Assembly: GCF_009914755.1 (NCBI RefSeq)
Contig: NC_060931.1
Reading direction: 5' to 3' (one strand)
Source of the DNA: the human T2T-CHM13v2.0 reference genome, Homo sapiens
Length of the DNA: 64,000 nt
Shown one piece after another: positions 15,171 to 30,845 of this stretch. Numbering within the stretch: position 1 is the stretch's first letter; the number at the start of each line of letters is the position of its first letter. The notes under the pieces were generated by a model. It was not told the origin of the DNA. It saw only the letters and a program-made list of their open reading frames with translations, and did not search any database. The translations under genes were made by a program, and so were the position numbers.

Positions 15171-15847
15171 TATCATAAAATGTCATAATTCAATCCTTGG
15201 TTAAAGATTTTGAGCCTGATCAGAATAAAATTTCATGTGACATTACAGAAACATCTTTCACTGGACCCTCTGGGAGACCAATAACAAATATTAATGATAC
15301 TAATAAAAGAAATTCAAAATTTCAAATGGCCATAATTGTAATGAAATCAAGAGTTTACTCTTTGTGGAACTAAAGGCAGTGAAATGGAGAACTGTTTTCA
15401 AACAAATGGCTCAGCATTACACTGACATATTCTATGAAATATAAATCCTACCAACATACTGTCAATGGTGAGAACAGCTACCAGAACCCTGTAGAGAATA
15501 AATGCGTCTTTCAAACATAAATTTTACAACCTGTTAAAATGGTTTCCTCTTCAATTTATGGTTGGCTTTTCTAAAGTTTTCCCTTAATGACAATAAAGAT
15601 TTTCTTCACACAGATTTCTCCAAGTTTGACTTCTCAATAGAACACCTAAATAGCCTACACTTTCTTTTTACTTGTATCTCTGATAGAATGAACAGCAAAT
15701 GGCATGCAGGTTGCCTAACATCATAAAAGTTTTAATTTAATTATGCCTTATTATTATAATCTTCTCCCTGTCTCATTATTTACCACCACTATTTGCCATG
15801 AAAACAGGTACTTATTCAGTGCTAACTTTGTGCCTATCTATCCATTC

Positions 15848-16075
15848 ATCATGGTGGAAAATTTGGGCTCTGGGAGTCAGAACAGCCTGGATTTAAATCC
15901 CTTCTCTACTGTGTGACCTTGAACAAGTTACATAACCACTCTGTGCCTCATTTTTCCTGGCTGTAAAATTAGAATAAAACAGTCTCTATCTGATGGGGCT
16001 GGTGTGGGAGTTAGATGAGACACTACATAAAGCATTTAGAATAGTGCCTTGCACATAGAAAGCACTAAGTAAATA
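15848..16075 (+). mobile_element. MIR SINE
   Basis: GGCTCTGGGAGTCAGA...TGTGACCTTGAACAAGTTAC...AAAGCATTTAGAATAGTGCC. Confidence 0.85.
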
Positions 16076-16589
16076 GAGTAAATTTGTTTTTAAAATTGAA
16101 TTTCACAAACCATCTGAAGTCACTGCTCTGAAAAATATCCCTTGATATTCCCTCTTCACTAAGAGAATCAGTAAAAGTAAAAAGTAAAACATTTACTTGG
16201 GGATAAATATTTATAAAGCTCTATGACACACATATCCCCTTTCTCCTGCATGTGCGTGCACACACTCTTTTCTACAATTTTATTTTCATGTCCTCAATGT
16301 GTATTATTTAAACACAAGCTCACTGCTCTGCCCTCAAACCTGCCACTCTCATGGAGTAGGAAAATGTCCCAAGCTAGGGGACACATGTGATCTACTCAGT
16401 GGAGAGTTATATAAAATGAATTCAAAGACCTCCTGCTTCTACCCAAGTCCACCAATTGTATAAGAAAATCATTCCAGCCTAGTTTAGTTCATCACCTGTC
16501 TTCTAGAAGGCCCACATATAAGTCATCCCCTAACAATTAGAATTTTATCTGCTTCAAAACACCTACAAAGAAGGTGTATTTGGGGAGCC

Positions 16590-17380
<791 letters not shown>

Positions 17381-17717
17381 TCTTTTCTGGGAATCCTTCC
17401 TCATATTTAAAACACCGCTTGTAAGCTATTCATTTACTAAGTTCTTAGTACAGGTGGTAAAACCATGGTTTCTAATAATATCTAAACATTACTTTCTGGT
17501 TTTTATCCTCTGATCAATAGGCATTCATGGGAATAAAATGGTGCAGACAGAAAGTCAAAAAGATGTGACTCATTATCATTAAATAAAACCTCTGAATATG
17601 TCTGGTTAACCATCCCTTATCCCTGTCTTGGTGGTTTTAACCTTTTAACTAAACCAGAATTCCTTAGCATATTACTGGAACTTTCTGATTCTTTGGTATA
17701 TTAAAAATAATGTCTTA

Positions 17718-17900
17718 AAGCAGTAGAAAGGTGGTTACCAGAAGCTGAGAAGGGGAAAATGGGGAGTTGTTCAATGGATATAGAGTTTCACACTTATAAG
17801 ATGAAAAAGTTGGGTCTGTTGTGTAACAATATGAATATACTTAACACTACTGAACTGTATACTTAAAATGGTTGAGATGGTCGATTTTTTAATCACAATT
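17718..17900 (+). mobile_element. L1MB 3' end fragment
   Basis: ATATACTTAACACTACTGAACTGTATACTTAAAATGGTT; degenerate TSD AAAAAT(A/T)ATGTCT(T/C)A. Confidence 0.8.
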
Positions 17901-18750
17901 AAAAATTATGTCTCACAGAAAGGGCTCTGTGGCCAAGTATGTCTATGAAACATTCATGCTTATAATTTCATGTTGATGATTTACAGTTCACAAAGTCCCT
18001 GAGTAGTTCAGCAATAAAGAAAACCATTTAACTTTGTTTAGAGTGGAATTTCCAAATGCAGTAGTAACAAATTTGGACACAGTTTTTCTCAAAATGATTT
18101 CGGGGAAGGCTTGTTTAGACACTATGACCAGAAAATGGTGAATAACTGTTTTCTATTCTTTCTTGAATGAAATAACATAAAATTTATCAAACGATGATTT
18201 TTTTACTAGCAATTGTTTAGCCTCTTAATTTTGAGAAAAACACTGAACAGATACTGTCACTGACTCTAGTCTATTTTAGAAATGATTTTTCTTCTTGCCT
18301 GGGTGTAGCATGCCTTGAGTCTCTGCTTACTGAACTTAGAGAAACTGGAGTAGTAATATTTGTTTATTGTTGGAAACACTTATTAAATGCTGTCCGAAGC
18401 ATTTGTTCATTGACAGATGTATAGCCACTTCCATCTAAAATGGGCATACTCAAGCCTCTTTGTCAATGATGATTACAGGAAAATAAAACAAACACAAAAT
18501 CCCATCAAAGGTTTTCCGACTTGAAGATACCACACAAAAGATGTAAAATAGCAAAATAATGTGACAGAGCTTTCTTTGTATAAAAGAATTGGGGAATTAG
18601 ATTTCAGATAATGTTGATTATTAATATTGTTCTTGACTGTTGTTGCCTCTTCAGTATGTAAGACCCACATGTTGAAGGAAATAGGAGTATATAAATGACT
18701 TACACTGAAATGACAGAGTTCCAAGAAATCAATGCTCTTTAGCTTCCCTC

Positions 18751-19589
<839 letters not shown>

Positions 19590-19621
19590 CAAGAACATAA
19601 TTCTTGATAGGCATTTTCTCT

Positions 19622-20250
19622 CAGTTATTCACTCATTCAATAAATATCTATCAAGTGTTTGCCACATGCCAGGCACTGTGCTTGGTGATAGACATAAAAT
19701 GATGAGCGACTCCAATGTGGTCTCTGCTCCCATGCAGCCTACCATTAAGAGGGGAGGATAATCATTAATCAAATAATCACATGAAAGAGTGGATGATGAT
19801 TAAAGCAATAATGTGTTTCAAAGAAAGGTAAGTAGGAGCTAAATCATGAGAACACATGGAAACATAGAGGGGAACAACACACACGGGCCTTTCGGAGGGT
19901 GGAGGGTGAAAGGAGGGAGAGAATCAGGAAAAAATAACTATTGGGTACTAGGTATAATACCTGGGTGATGAAATAATCTGTACAACAAACCCCCATGACA
20001 CAAGTTTACCTATGTAATGAACCTGCATTTGTACTCTGAACTTAAAATAAGTTAAAAAAAAAGAGAAAGGAATGCATTCCTACATACAAAAGCATTAACC
20101 AAAGAACCTAATACATAAAGAAAAGTTTCACTGAGGAAGTAGCACTTCACTGAAATCTAGAGGATGAGCAGGAATTAGCCAGATGGGGAGGGAGGGGGAA
20201 AGGCTATCCAGACACGTGAACAGTATTTACAAAAAGCACTAGGGGTTAGT
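19622..20250 (-). mobile_element. L2 3' fragment interrupted by an L1 stub
   Basis: TTCACTCATTCAATAAATATCTATC...ATGCCAGGCACTGTGCT and GAAATCTAGAGGATGAGCAGGAATTAGCCAG. Confidence 0.75.
19828..20062 (+). mobile_element. L1PA13-16-like 3'UTR fragment
   Basis: GGGTACTAGG...CTGGGTGATGAAATAATCTGTACAACAAACCCCCATGACAC plus A tail. Confidence 0.9.
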
Positions 20251-21597
20251 CCATGTTGAAGCTCATTTCACAGAGAATAATTGCTGAAATCCCCAAAGTG
20301 CTCTCTGTATTTTGCATGGAGAAATGATTGGAACAATAAGCATTAAAATGTTAAATGTCAGTGCTTTGTATTTTCTTTTATGATTCTGTTTTTATCCTTA
20401 ATTTTTTGTGGTGAAGACATAATATTTTAAAAGTTAAATTATTATTGAAATCCCTGTGAGTCAAAAAAGACTTTTTTTTATTGGATATTTTTATAGAAAC
20501 CCTTTTATGAGTCTCCGTTGTTTTAATAAAACTCCTGATAGGTTGAGAAATTATTTCAACTTCTACAAAATTACCTGGATGGAAAGATATATGGTCTGCC
20601 AGTTTCTGGGTCTTCAGTCATCAGGGATTACTGGCAGCCATAGCTCCTGAATGAGTAAGAGCCAAGGCCATGGACTTTGGGGGCTCTTGGGGGTAGTTTT
20701 GATGTCTGCTTTTTCTGTCCTTTCTCCTCTTCTCTCCACCGCTCCATTCACATGGACCCAGAAAGTCTTAATTAGGCATGGAGTCCTCCTCAAGCAAAAT
20801 GGCAGCAGGGTGGGAGTGGGGAACAAGCAAAGCCTTGAGCTCATCTTCATCCATCTGTGGCCAGTGGCTTATCCTTTCACTTCTGCTTATACCATCCATG
20901 TCTCTGGTGTGAAGATCCCTGGATCTTCTTTGAATGATACAGTGTGTTCCATGCATTCCATCCCTGCATCTTAAATCTCTTTCTTAGGGAGACTCAGATA
21001 AATACTTAATGGCTACTAATCAAAGAGCCTTGCCAAGTTTCAGGCACTTGTTGGTATGTTGCTGCAGACGTAGCTCTCAACTATTAGGTCTTATCTAAAG
21101 CACAAATAAAATGTCTTTGGGGATAGCAGGAATGTCATGTGGACACAGTGAGCACTGACTGAGTATTAGGCAGTACCAGGACAACATTGCCCCGGAACAC
21201 AATTTAGGGGACAAGAATCTGGCTAAAATAGTCTTTAAGAGTTGTGCAGAACAACTCATGAAACCACATGTTGAGCTGTAGTGAGAGATTTCCCCCTACT
21301 CTTTACTAGCACCACTCCTAAGAATACCCAACTTGACTGGAGTCTGTGGTTTGCTGGGGTTGACTGAGGCTGGGGTGGCTGTTATCTCTAGCTCATGTGG
21401 TGGGAAAGGACTTCCTGCTGGAAGAAATCTCCAAGCTCATAAGACCCTTCTCTGAGAGGGGAGAAAAGAGTGGGCTCAGTTTACTGAAAGCTAATCACTG
21501 TGTGCCCTTCATAGTCAGTGCTAACATACAAACACTAACAACTTTCATAGGATTTATTGTTTTCATCAGGCATTTAACTCTCTAATGGCCATTCTGA

Positions 21598-22120
<523 letters not shown>

Positions 22121-22404
22121 TAGTGGTACTTACTGCGTACCACACACATATTAATACTTCCTGTTGGTGGAGCAGCTTATTCTTTTCTAAAAATTTCTCA
22201 TTGATCATCTCATTTATTCTCTACAATTAATGTATAAGATTGGGTAAATAGGTTTTATTATTTTCATGTGCAAAACAGAAAACTGAAACTTTAGGATGAA
22301 GGTTATGATGTTTAAATGGTATATATTCATCAGAGTTTTATACCAGATCAGACATCTGGAATCATTTCATCATGGATACACGTATGAGAAGAAGAAAGCC
22401 TTGC

Positions 22405-22620
22405 ATAGTAGGTAGATCAGGACTTTGGAGGAAGACAGACCCCAGTGTGAATCCTGGTGCTGTGAAATCCATGATTAATCACTTAACTTCTCTGAGCCTC
22501 TTCCTTTAACTGTAAATGGGGATAGTGATTCTGCCTCACAGAATTGTGAAGATTAAATGAGGTTACATTTGCAAATCATCTAGCTCAGTACCTGATGCAC
22601 AGCAGATGCTTCATAAATGA
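22405..22620 (+). mobile_element. MIR SINE
   Basis: CACTTAACTTCTCTGAGCCTC...CTGTAAATGGGGATAGTGAT...GAAGATTAAATGAG. Confidence 0.85.
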
Positions 22621-23449
22621 CACCCCCCGTCCCCCCACCGCCCAGATTTCCAGAAGACAGAAAGTGGAACTCAAGTGAATGCAAAACTGTGAGTAGCTGG
22701 TTGCACACCGGCATGTCCAACTGCAGATGAAAATCATAGAGAAAATTCCCTGTATTTGGAATAGAAAAGAGAATAAACAGCAACTTTACTTGAAAAATTG
22801 GTGTGGAATATTCTCAGAATATTTCAGGGACATGTAATTGTGCAGTCTGAACATTAGTTATTTATTCAGGATTGCCAGGTTGAGGGTTGCCTCTTTGTAC
22901 AGCTCTCTGTTGTAAGCTGCTTTGAATCACTTCATTAGAAAGTTAAGTGTCTGGAAAAAAAATAACAAATTGTGGAACATATCCACTATTGTTCTATACA
23001 CAGTGTACCAGAGCTGAAATTATGGCCAGAAGAGGTCCGTGCATAAAACAGGCATTTGGTATGCAAATAAGCTAACAGTGATGAAATCTTGAATAACCCA
23101 TGGGTAAAATCAAGAATTTATATCAGTAGGTATTCGCTGCTGACCTTTAAACTAGAGTGGCTAAGGCTGGAATGGTAGGAATTCTGATGTATTTAGCGAA
23201 CAGTGAGACTTACCTGTTTGTGAAATAAAGACCCAGGACTGGTCCTTTAGGGAACCACCTGTGGGGAGTAATGGGGTGAAGCAAGGAGACCAGCATTCTA
23301 GTCTCATTCCTGCCACTGGTCAGTCACATCACTTTGCCTTGCTGGGTGACACAGTCATCATCTATTAAATGCTGGGCTGCCCTAACACAGACATTTCTAC
23401 ACTTGTGCAAAGAAGGACACTCCTTAACAACTGAGAAGCCATCTGTACT

Positions 23450-23980
23450 TCAGTGTTTGTGCCATGGCTCCTCCTAAGTTCATGGTCCTGTCATTTCCCA
23501 CCCAGATTGTTATAATACTCCTGAATGAGTTCTTCTCTGCCTCCGGTCTCACTCCCGAAAACCCATCTACCACATTGTTTCAGAAAGAATCTTTCTGAAA
23601 TGCCAAGCTCTTCAAGTCACTTCCTACTTTCATGCCTCCCATGTCTTTTCACTGATCTTGAGATAAAGCATTCATGTGACATACAAGGCCCTTGGTGACC
23701 ATACTCCCACTTGTCTTTTGTGCCTCATCTCTCACTTTCCCTCACCCTAGGCTCCAACTACACAAAATCATTTGCAAATCCCCAACACACCTGGACACTG
23801 CTTGCCTCTGGGCCTTTGCTTATGCTGCTCTCCCTGCATGGGTGGTCTCCCTATTGTTCATGTCTCCCTGTAATAAACTATAAATCCCGGGAGGATATTA
23901 ACACTGTCTAATTCATCTGTCTCGGTGCTCGGTGCTGAATCTAACACATAACAGTGCTTAATATTTGGTTGATGAATAAA
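23450..23980 (+). mobile_element. L2 3' fragment
   Basis: GGGCCTTTGCTTATGCTG and terminal GTGCTTAATATTTGGTTGATGAAT. Confidence 0.7.
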
Positions 23981-24196
23981 GGTAGATGGTTCAGATTTCA
24001 GGCTAGATAGTCAAAAGGGTATTTTATTTTCAATGCTCCTGAAATTATAGCCATAGACTACTCACATAAAAAGCTAGCCCTGCCTCTAGCATAATCAGAG
24101 ACATTGCTTATGAACATAGTTCTTTTAGAAAGGACATAGGCTCAAGAAGTAGGTGACTGAAGTAGGTGACTGACCTTGCAGTCTAGGATATGCTAC

Positions 24197-24640
24197 TGTG
24201 TGGTAACAGCTGTTGGTGCCTTGCTCACCTCTGTAACGATGCATCTAATTCCCCCTTCCACTCCGTGAGTGTTGCCTGCTAATGGCTCTCAGTTATACTT
24301 TTCCCTGGAGAATTACCCTTATTGGCTTGCCTTAGTGATTACATCCTTTCCTCCCCTCAGAGGTGGCCTGTGACTGGCAGCTGATTGATACAGAGGTACA
24401 AAAGCCCCACTCCTTTTCCTCAAGGTGAAATAACTCTGTAGTGCCTGCTACTCACACTGGACTCCTGGGAAATCCCACTGAGGTCGGATTTCCATTAGCC
24501 ACATCCTTGCTTAGCTCCTTCCTCTGCTGTTACCCACTTCCCTCAATTCCTTACAAGTTTTTCTCTTGAGAACACTCTCTATAAGTCATTTACCAAATCA
24601 CTTGGCTTGGGCTCTGCTTCTAGGAACCACATCTAAGACA
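24197..24640 (+). mobile_element. LTR16-like (LTR16C) ERVL solo LTR
   Basis: GATACAGAGGTACAAAAGCCC...CCTCAAGGTG...CTCTGCTTCTAGGAACCACATCTAAGACA. Confidence 0.7.
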
Positions 24641-25914
24641 TCCTGGTAGTCTAGAAGCCCTCTTGTGGGGTCAGACTTTTCCTTATTAAGGGGTCCAACA
24701 GGGTTAATGCCAATCATGTATTTGTCCATATAGAGCCTCTTTCAAGCCATCATTCCTGCCCTGCACAGGTGTTCCACCAGTGGTGTAGTTAGCAAGGCTC
24801 TTCTTTATGTTGAATCTGTCCTTTTAGACTCTTATGTGTTTATACTGTCTGTGATTTGTCCCTACATCAATGTGTGTAATAGAGTGAGTCAGTCATTTTT
24901 CACAAATGGAACTAAAAGAAGATACTGCCTTTCTCGGTTTTGCTTTTCTTGTTGTTCCTTCTCCCTGCCACCTCCTTGAACATTAAAGCAGCAATTGCTT
25001 GCATCTCATGAACAGTGAGCAGATTTAGAACCCAAAAGGCAGCTGGCAAGTTGCCCAGTGTGCCATATGCCACCTTTTCCCACTGCAGGTGTTCTCCCTC
25101 TTGACTGGCAGCTCCCGGGCTGGCTGTGGTCCAGTCTGAGGGAGACAGAAGATCTGAGAAGATATGCTCAGCATAATTCCTCACAAGGCCAAGTCTCCAT
25201 GTGGGTTTTTGTTTGTAGGACAATGTTTATTATCTGCCCGTATTGACGTACGTGGGATTTCAGGAAATACGTTGGACAAACTTAGTGCCCTCATGATGTG
25301 GACACAGGTGGCACCACATGGATATTCCCAGCCTTGGTTTTGCAAAGAGTTTGAAGTGATTGAGGAATTGAGGCACTGACTCCAAAATGGATGGAAGTCA
25401 CTAAATTCTGTGAAAATATGCTCAATGTGATTTTTAAAAAATGGAAGTTCTAGGATCATTCCTCCAACTGATCGATAAACAGGAACCAGTCATTTGTTCT
25501 CACTGTTACTCCTGGTTTGTTTTGCAGGATCAGTTTCATTCCCTTACATGCCTTTCTCATCCTACAGTGGGATGGAAAAAAATTTCCCACAAGTGGTGAT
25601 GCTTGGATGCTGAGATTAAACAGGAAAGGTGTAAAGCACTATGGCTGCTATTCTAATTCACCATTTTATAAATTTTATGTTCAGTTGTAATTTTCTTTCC
25701 TTTCCCAAAGAAAAAGGCTTTTAAATTGATGATCTATGGACTTTTAAAACTACATAGTTATTTTTACTGTTTGTCTCAAGAAATAAAGGTATCTCATGTA
25801 AAGGAGATGTAAAAGTAAATACATGGGTAAGATACTCCTGATACACTTTGAAATATTTATACTTCCTTCAAGTGATGTAGTAAGAATTCTTAAACTTGTA
25901 TTTTATGCATGTAG

Positions 25915-26222
<308 letters not shown>

Positions 26223-26895
26223 AACATGTAGTCATTTTATATAAGATTCAAGTTATATAAGATTCAAGTTAATGAACAGAGTTGGTTTACATGGCAACTT
26301 TATTAGTAGGTCCTTATACAGCATCCTTAAGATTTTCAAGCCAATTATAATATTCCTGGGGATTTGCATTTTTAATTCCTTTCCCTTTCTTCCTCTTAAA
26401 TGATTTGGAGACTTATTACAATTCTTATTTCCTTTCTTCATTAAGAAAACCCCTTTAGCTGTGCTGTAACTGTGTCCTACCTCTTCAGCCATCAGATTTT
26501 TGAATGTGTCCTATTCGTTTACCTGTGGCTCCAAAAGATTAAGGGAAGCAGGACTGAACAGACAGGTGCTAGTGACATACTCAACCCATCAGGGATCTCA
26601 AAGCACACTCCCTGCTACACTTGCCCCACCCTCACAAAGAAACACCTTCCATCCCCTTTCCCTCCTTCCCTTCACTTCTCAGCATGGCCATTGCTGGGCC
26701 AAAGTGCTGAGGATGGAGCATGTTAGTGAGGGGGCCCGGGAGAAGGTCAAAAGCCTTCTCAAAAATCAATGGGGTATGTTTTCTGTTGAGCTCCTTGGCT
26801 TCTCATTTACTTTTAGACTTACCTTCTTAGAATCTCTCTTCTTCCTGAGGCAGATGAGGCAAAACATCTAAAGTACCTCACACAGAGCAGGAGGG

Positions 26896-27293
26896 TGTCT
26901 TGGTCCATTTTGTGCTGCTATAACAGAATACCTGAGACTGGGTAATTTGTAAAGAACAGAGATTTATTTCTTATAGTTCTGGAGGCTGGGAAGTCGAAGA
27001 TGGAAGGGCCTGCACCTGGTCAGGGTGTTCATGCTGTGTCATCCCATGAGGGGGGAAGGCAGAAGGGCAAGAGAGCATGACAGAGAGACAGGAAGGGGGC
27101 TGAACTCATCCTTTTATCAGGAACACACTCCTGCAATGAATAACCCACTCCTGAAATGGTGGCATTAATCCATTCATGAGAGCAGAGCCCTCATGACCTA
27201 GTCACCTCCTAAAAATCTCAACTCTCAATACTATTACATTGGGGATTAAGTTTCCAACACATGAACTTTGGGGGACACATTCCAAGCATAGCA
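26896..27293 (-). mobile_element. MSTD/MSTC-type MaLR solo LTR
   Basis: TG...CA termini; GCATTAATCCATTCATGAGAGCAGAGCCCTCATGACC; 5-bp TSD GAGGG at 26891-26895 and 27294-27298. Confidence 0.88.
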
Positions 27294-27919
27294 GAGGGGC
27301 TCTCCATAGGTGACACTGGGTGGGGAGAACAGGGGAATGAGGTCCTGATGAAATGGTCTTTTAAAAAATATATTGTTCATATAGTTTTTCATAGGTAATT
27401 TATTCATATAACTTGAACTTTATGAAGTATTTAAAAATATACAGTGAAAATCCTGTCTCCCGTATCTTATTCTCATCCTCTCATTTCCTAGGCATGATGT
27501 TGACTTTTGCACTAAAAGAGATATATTTTATCATGCAAAGGCAGTTTTTGCATGATAATCCCTATTTTATGGAGTGTTCTTTAAAAAAAATCAGAGATTC
27601 TCATATGTTTTATTTTCTTGGAACTACTGGTATGATGAATTATATTAATATAATTCTAAATATTGGACTGTCCTTTGGTCTTTATTTTTTTAAAGTGCTC
27701 TCAGAGTCTAGTTACTATTGTGATATTTTACCTAGGATTTTTACATTGGCATCCATAAGTTATATTGGTCTGTAATTCTGGAATACTTTGTGCACCTTTT
27801 ATCATCTTTATCATCCTTTGGTACTAAAATTATGCTTGCTACATAAAAAGAATTTGGAATATTTCTTTTGTATTTTCCCTTGATGCTCTGGAACCATTTA
27901 ATGATTAGATTTTCTATCA

Positions 27920-28190
27920 TTTTTTATTATTATACTTTAAGTTCTAGGGTACATGTGTACAACATGCAGGTTTGTTACATAGGTATACATGTGCCATGTT
28001 GGTTTGCTGCACCCATCAACTCATCATTTACATTAGGTGTTTCTCCTAATGCTCTCCCTCCCCCAGCCTCCCACCCCTCTGACAGGCCTCGCTCGGTGTG
28101 TGATGTTCTCTGCCCTGTGTCCATGTGTTCTTGTTGTTCAATTCCCAACTGTGAGTGAGAACATGAGGTGTTTGGTTTTCTGTCCTTGTG
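27920..28190 (-). mobile_element. L1PA7/8-like 3' end fragment
   Basis: TTATACTTTAAGTTCTAGGGTACATGTG...GGTTTGCTGCACCCATCAAC; TSD TCTATCA(T/C)TTTT on both sides. Confidence 0.92.
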
Positions 28191-28629
28191 TCTATCACTT
28201 TTTTAAAAATCAAAAATGTTTTTGTTTGTTTATGTTAATGCACCAAGATGCATTGTTTCTTTAGTCAGGTAAACGTCTTCAGTAATCCTTTCAGGGAAGA
28301 TCATTTAGTCCAACCTTATGAAGTCTATATCCTTCAAGTACTGATGGAATCATTATGGCACATTGAGTTCATAATTCTGAGTCAGATCATGTAGTTTGAG
28401 CAGATGTGGCAAGAGTGACAAAAGATTTCCTACTGCTTTTAAGCTAACTTTGGTAATTTATGTATTCCTGTAAAACATTCATTTCATCAAAGTTTTTAAA
28501 TATATTTACATAGACTTGAGCAAAATGTTCTCTTATGAGCTTTGGTATGTTTATGATTCTGTGGCTAGTTCCCCTTTATCATTTCTCATTTTACTCATTT
28601 GTACTTTCTGCTTTCTTCTTGATTACGAC

Positions 28630-28964
28630 TGTGCTATAGTCTATTTTGGTTGCTATAACAGAAATACTATAAACTAGATGGCTTATAAATGATAGAAATT
28701 TATTTTTACAGTTCTGATGGCTGGGAAACCCAGGATCAGACACTGGCAGATTCAGTGTGTGATGAGGGCCCACTTTCTGGTTTACTGGTGATGCTTTCTG
28801 GCTGTGTCCTCACATGGTGAGAGGAGTGAGGAGTCTCTCTCAAACCTCTTCTCTAAAGGCACTAATCCCCTCCAAAGGCCCTACCTCCTAATACCATAAC
28901 CCTGGGATTAGGATTTCAGTGCATGTGGAGAAGGGGTGCAGATGTAAATATTCAGCCCATTGCA
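28630..28964 (-). mobile_element. MLT1A-type MaLR solo LTR
   Basis: CTGGCAGATTCAGTGTGTGATGAGGGCC...CTGTGTCCTCACATGG...GGCACTAATCCC...ATTCAGCCCATTGCA. Confidence 0.82.
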
Positions 28965-29434
28965 GTTAGTAAGCAATTTATTATTTCTTAAAAAATGAAC
29001 AAACTTTTGATATTATTAGTTCTACTATTTTAATGTTGCTGAGCTATTTATGTCTGCTTTTATTTTTATTAATTTCTTCCTTTGCTTTCTTTAAGTTTAT
29101 TTAGTTGTTTTTCCCTAACTTCATCTGGGATGCTTTATTTATTTTTCAGTCTTTCTTATTCATTGCTATAAATATGTCTATGAATTTTCCACTTTTCTTA
29201 TTTATTGCTATAAATATTTGCTTGTGAATTTTCCACTTTGGCATTGCTTTAGCTCTATTATTTTCTCATTAATATTTAAAAATCATTTTGGATATGTTTC
29301 ATTTCTCCTTTTTTTCATCCTGTTATTTCCCTTACTGTCTTTCGTTTTTCCTGCAGTATCTGGCCTTAAATTTCTTCCAGTTTCATTTTCATGTCTGTAA
29401 TGGTTTTAGTTTTTCTTCCACATTTTTCTTGGAA

Positions 29435-29994
29435 AATGTGACTAAGTGAAATGATGTATAATGAAACCAGTTTTATCATAGGCCAATTGATATGGACAAG
29501 AGTTAAGTTCTGACAGCCTATTCCTGATTACACAACCATCACCAAACTTCTAAAGACCAAAATACTTCTAATATTAAACATTGAAATAAAGGTGAGCTAT
29601 ACATACAGTTAAGAAAAATTAGTAAAAACAAGTAAGATAATTATTTACCAAATTATTCCAGCTCAGGGTCTCAAGTGGCCAGAGCCTACTCTAGTAGCTT
29701 AGGGCACAAGGCAGGAGCCACTGCTGAACAGGATATCATCCCATCGTGTGGTGCACTCACACACACCCCACACTCACTCAGACTGAGACAATTTAGACAT
29801 GCCAGTTAACCTAACGTGCACATCTTTGGGATGTGGGAGGAAGCTGGAGCACCCAGAGAAAACCCATGCAGACACGAGGAGAATGTGCAAACTCCACACA
29901 GACAGTGGCCCCTGGCCAGGAATCATTTTTCTTTCCTCATTAACATCATAATAAGATGGCATGGAACAAAATGAAACTATTCAGGGACGTGTTG
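29435..29994 (-). mobile_element. MER6/MER6A TcMar-Tigger non-autonomous DNA transposon
   Basis: GTGCACATCTTTGGGATGTGGGAGGAAGC...GAGAAAACCCATGCAGAC...GTGCAAACTCCACACAGACAGTGGCCCC, with a decayed terminal inverted repeat near 29980-29994. Confidence 0.82.
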
Positions 29995-30824
29995 AGTCCT
30001 TCTGAGTTTTATTCTGTAACATTGATCTTTTCTTGTCTTTTCTCCATCACTTTCTGAATCCTTGCATTTCTGTTTTATGGTCTTCCTTCACTCCATATAT
30101 GATGTTTGTTCACAATTTTTATATGCTTCCTGGTAATATTTTTCTAGACAAATTGTTTGCAGGTGGTTCCTATATGTAGGGAGGGGCAAGGGTACTATTA
30201 CATGTTAGTTGGGATTCACAAACTTGGGGCTCTCTTTTTGTTGCCAAGAGAGGCTCCTTCTTGTAAATACAGCTTGTCTCCATGAATGGTCATGAAGTCC
30301 ATATCTAGTTTCTCTCTGTTTCTCTGAATTAAACCTGGTTATCACTTTCTCATTTCCACCCTTTCTATTGCAAACTCTACTGGCAATGGGACTCTTAACG
30401 TCAGAAAATGTATTTTTTGTCATTTTCTAAGACCTCCCACAGCTTAATTCTTGCCATAGAGATCTCTGCTTGGCACCTCTTCAGTCTCCTCCTTGCAGCT
30501 CCTAAGTGAACTTGATTGCTTTTGGCAACACTTACAAATATTTTGGAGTTTCTCTCCTAGTTTTGCCAAAAATTGAGGGTGCTTTTGGATGGCTTCCAAG
30601 AGAAGAGGTAGAAATACTGAGTAACAGAAACATGTACATATCAAAATTCCCTGTTGCTCTTTAGGGAGGACTGCTCTTTTCATTGGTTCACTTTTCCTTG
30701 GAGAGTGGTAAGATCTTTGAGATAAAAGGGCCAAGAAGGCAGTCATACCACTTTTTATCTGGTCCACTTGATTTTTGGATCCCAGGACATATATTTTCAC
30801 TTTAGAAGTATGATTGTATAATCT

Positions 30825-30845
30825 GTCTCTCTCTCTCTCTCTCTC
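30825..30845. repeat. (TC)n microsatellite
   Basis: About 10 TC units. Confidence 0.9.

Larger units (their letters stand above)
27560..30160 (-). mobile_element. Very old L1M relic broken by L1PA, MLT1A and MER6 insertions
   Basis: T-rich antisense-L1-like tracts (AGGATTTTTACATTGGCATCCATAAG, TTTATTAATTTCTTCCTTTGCTTTC); highly diverged. Confidence 0.5.
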
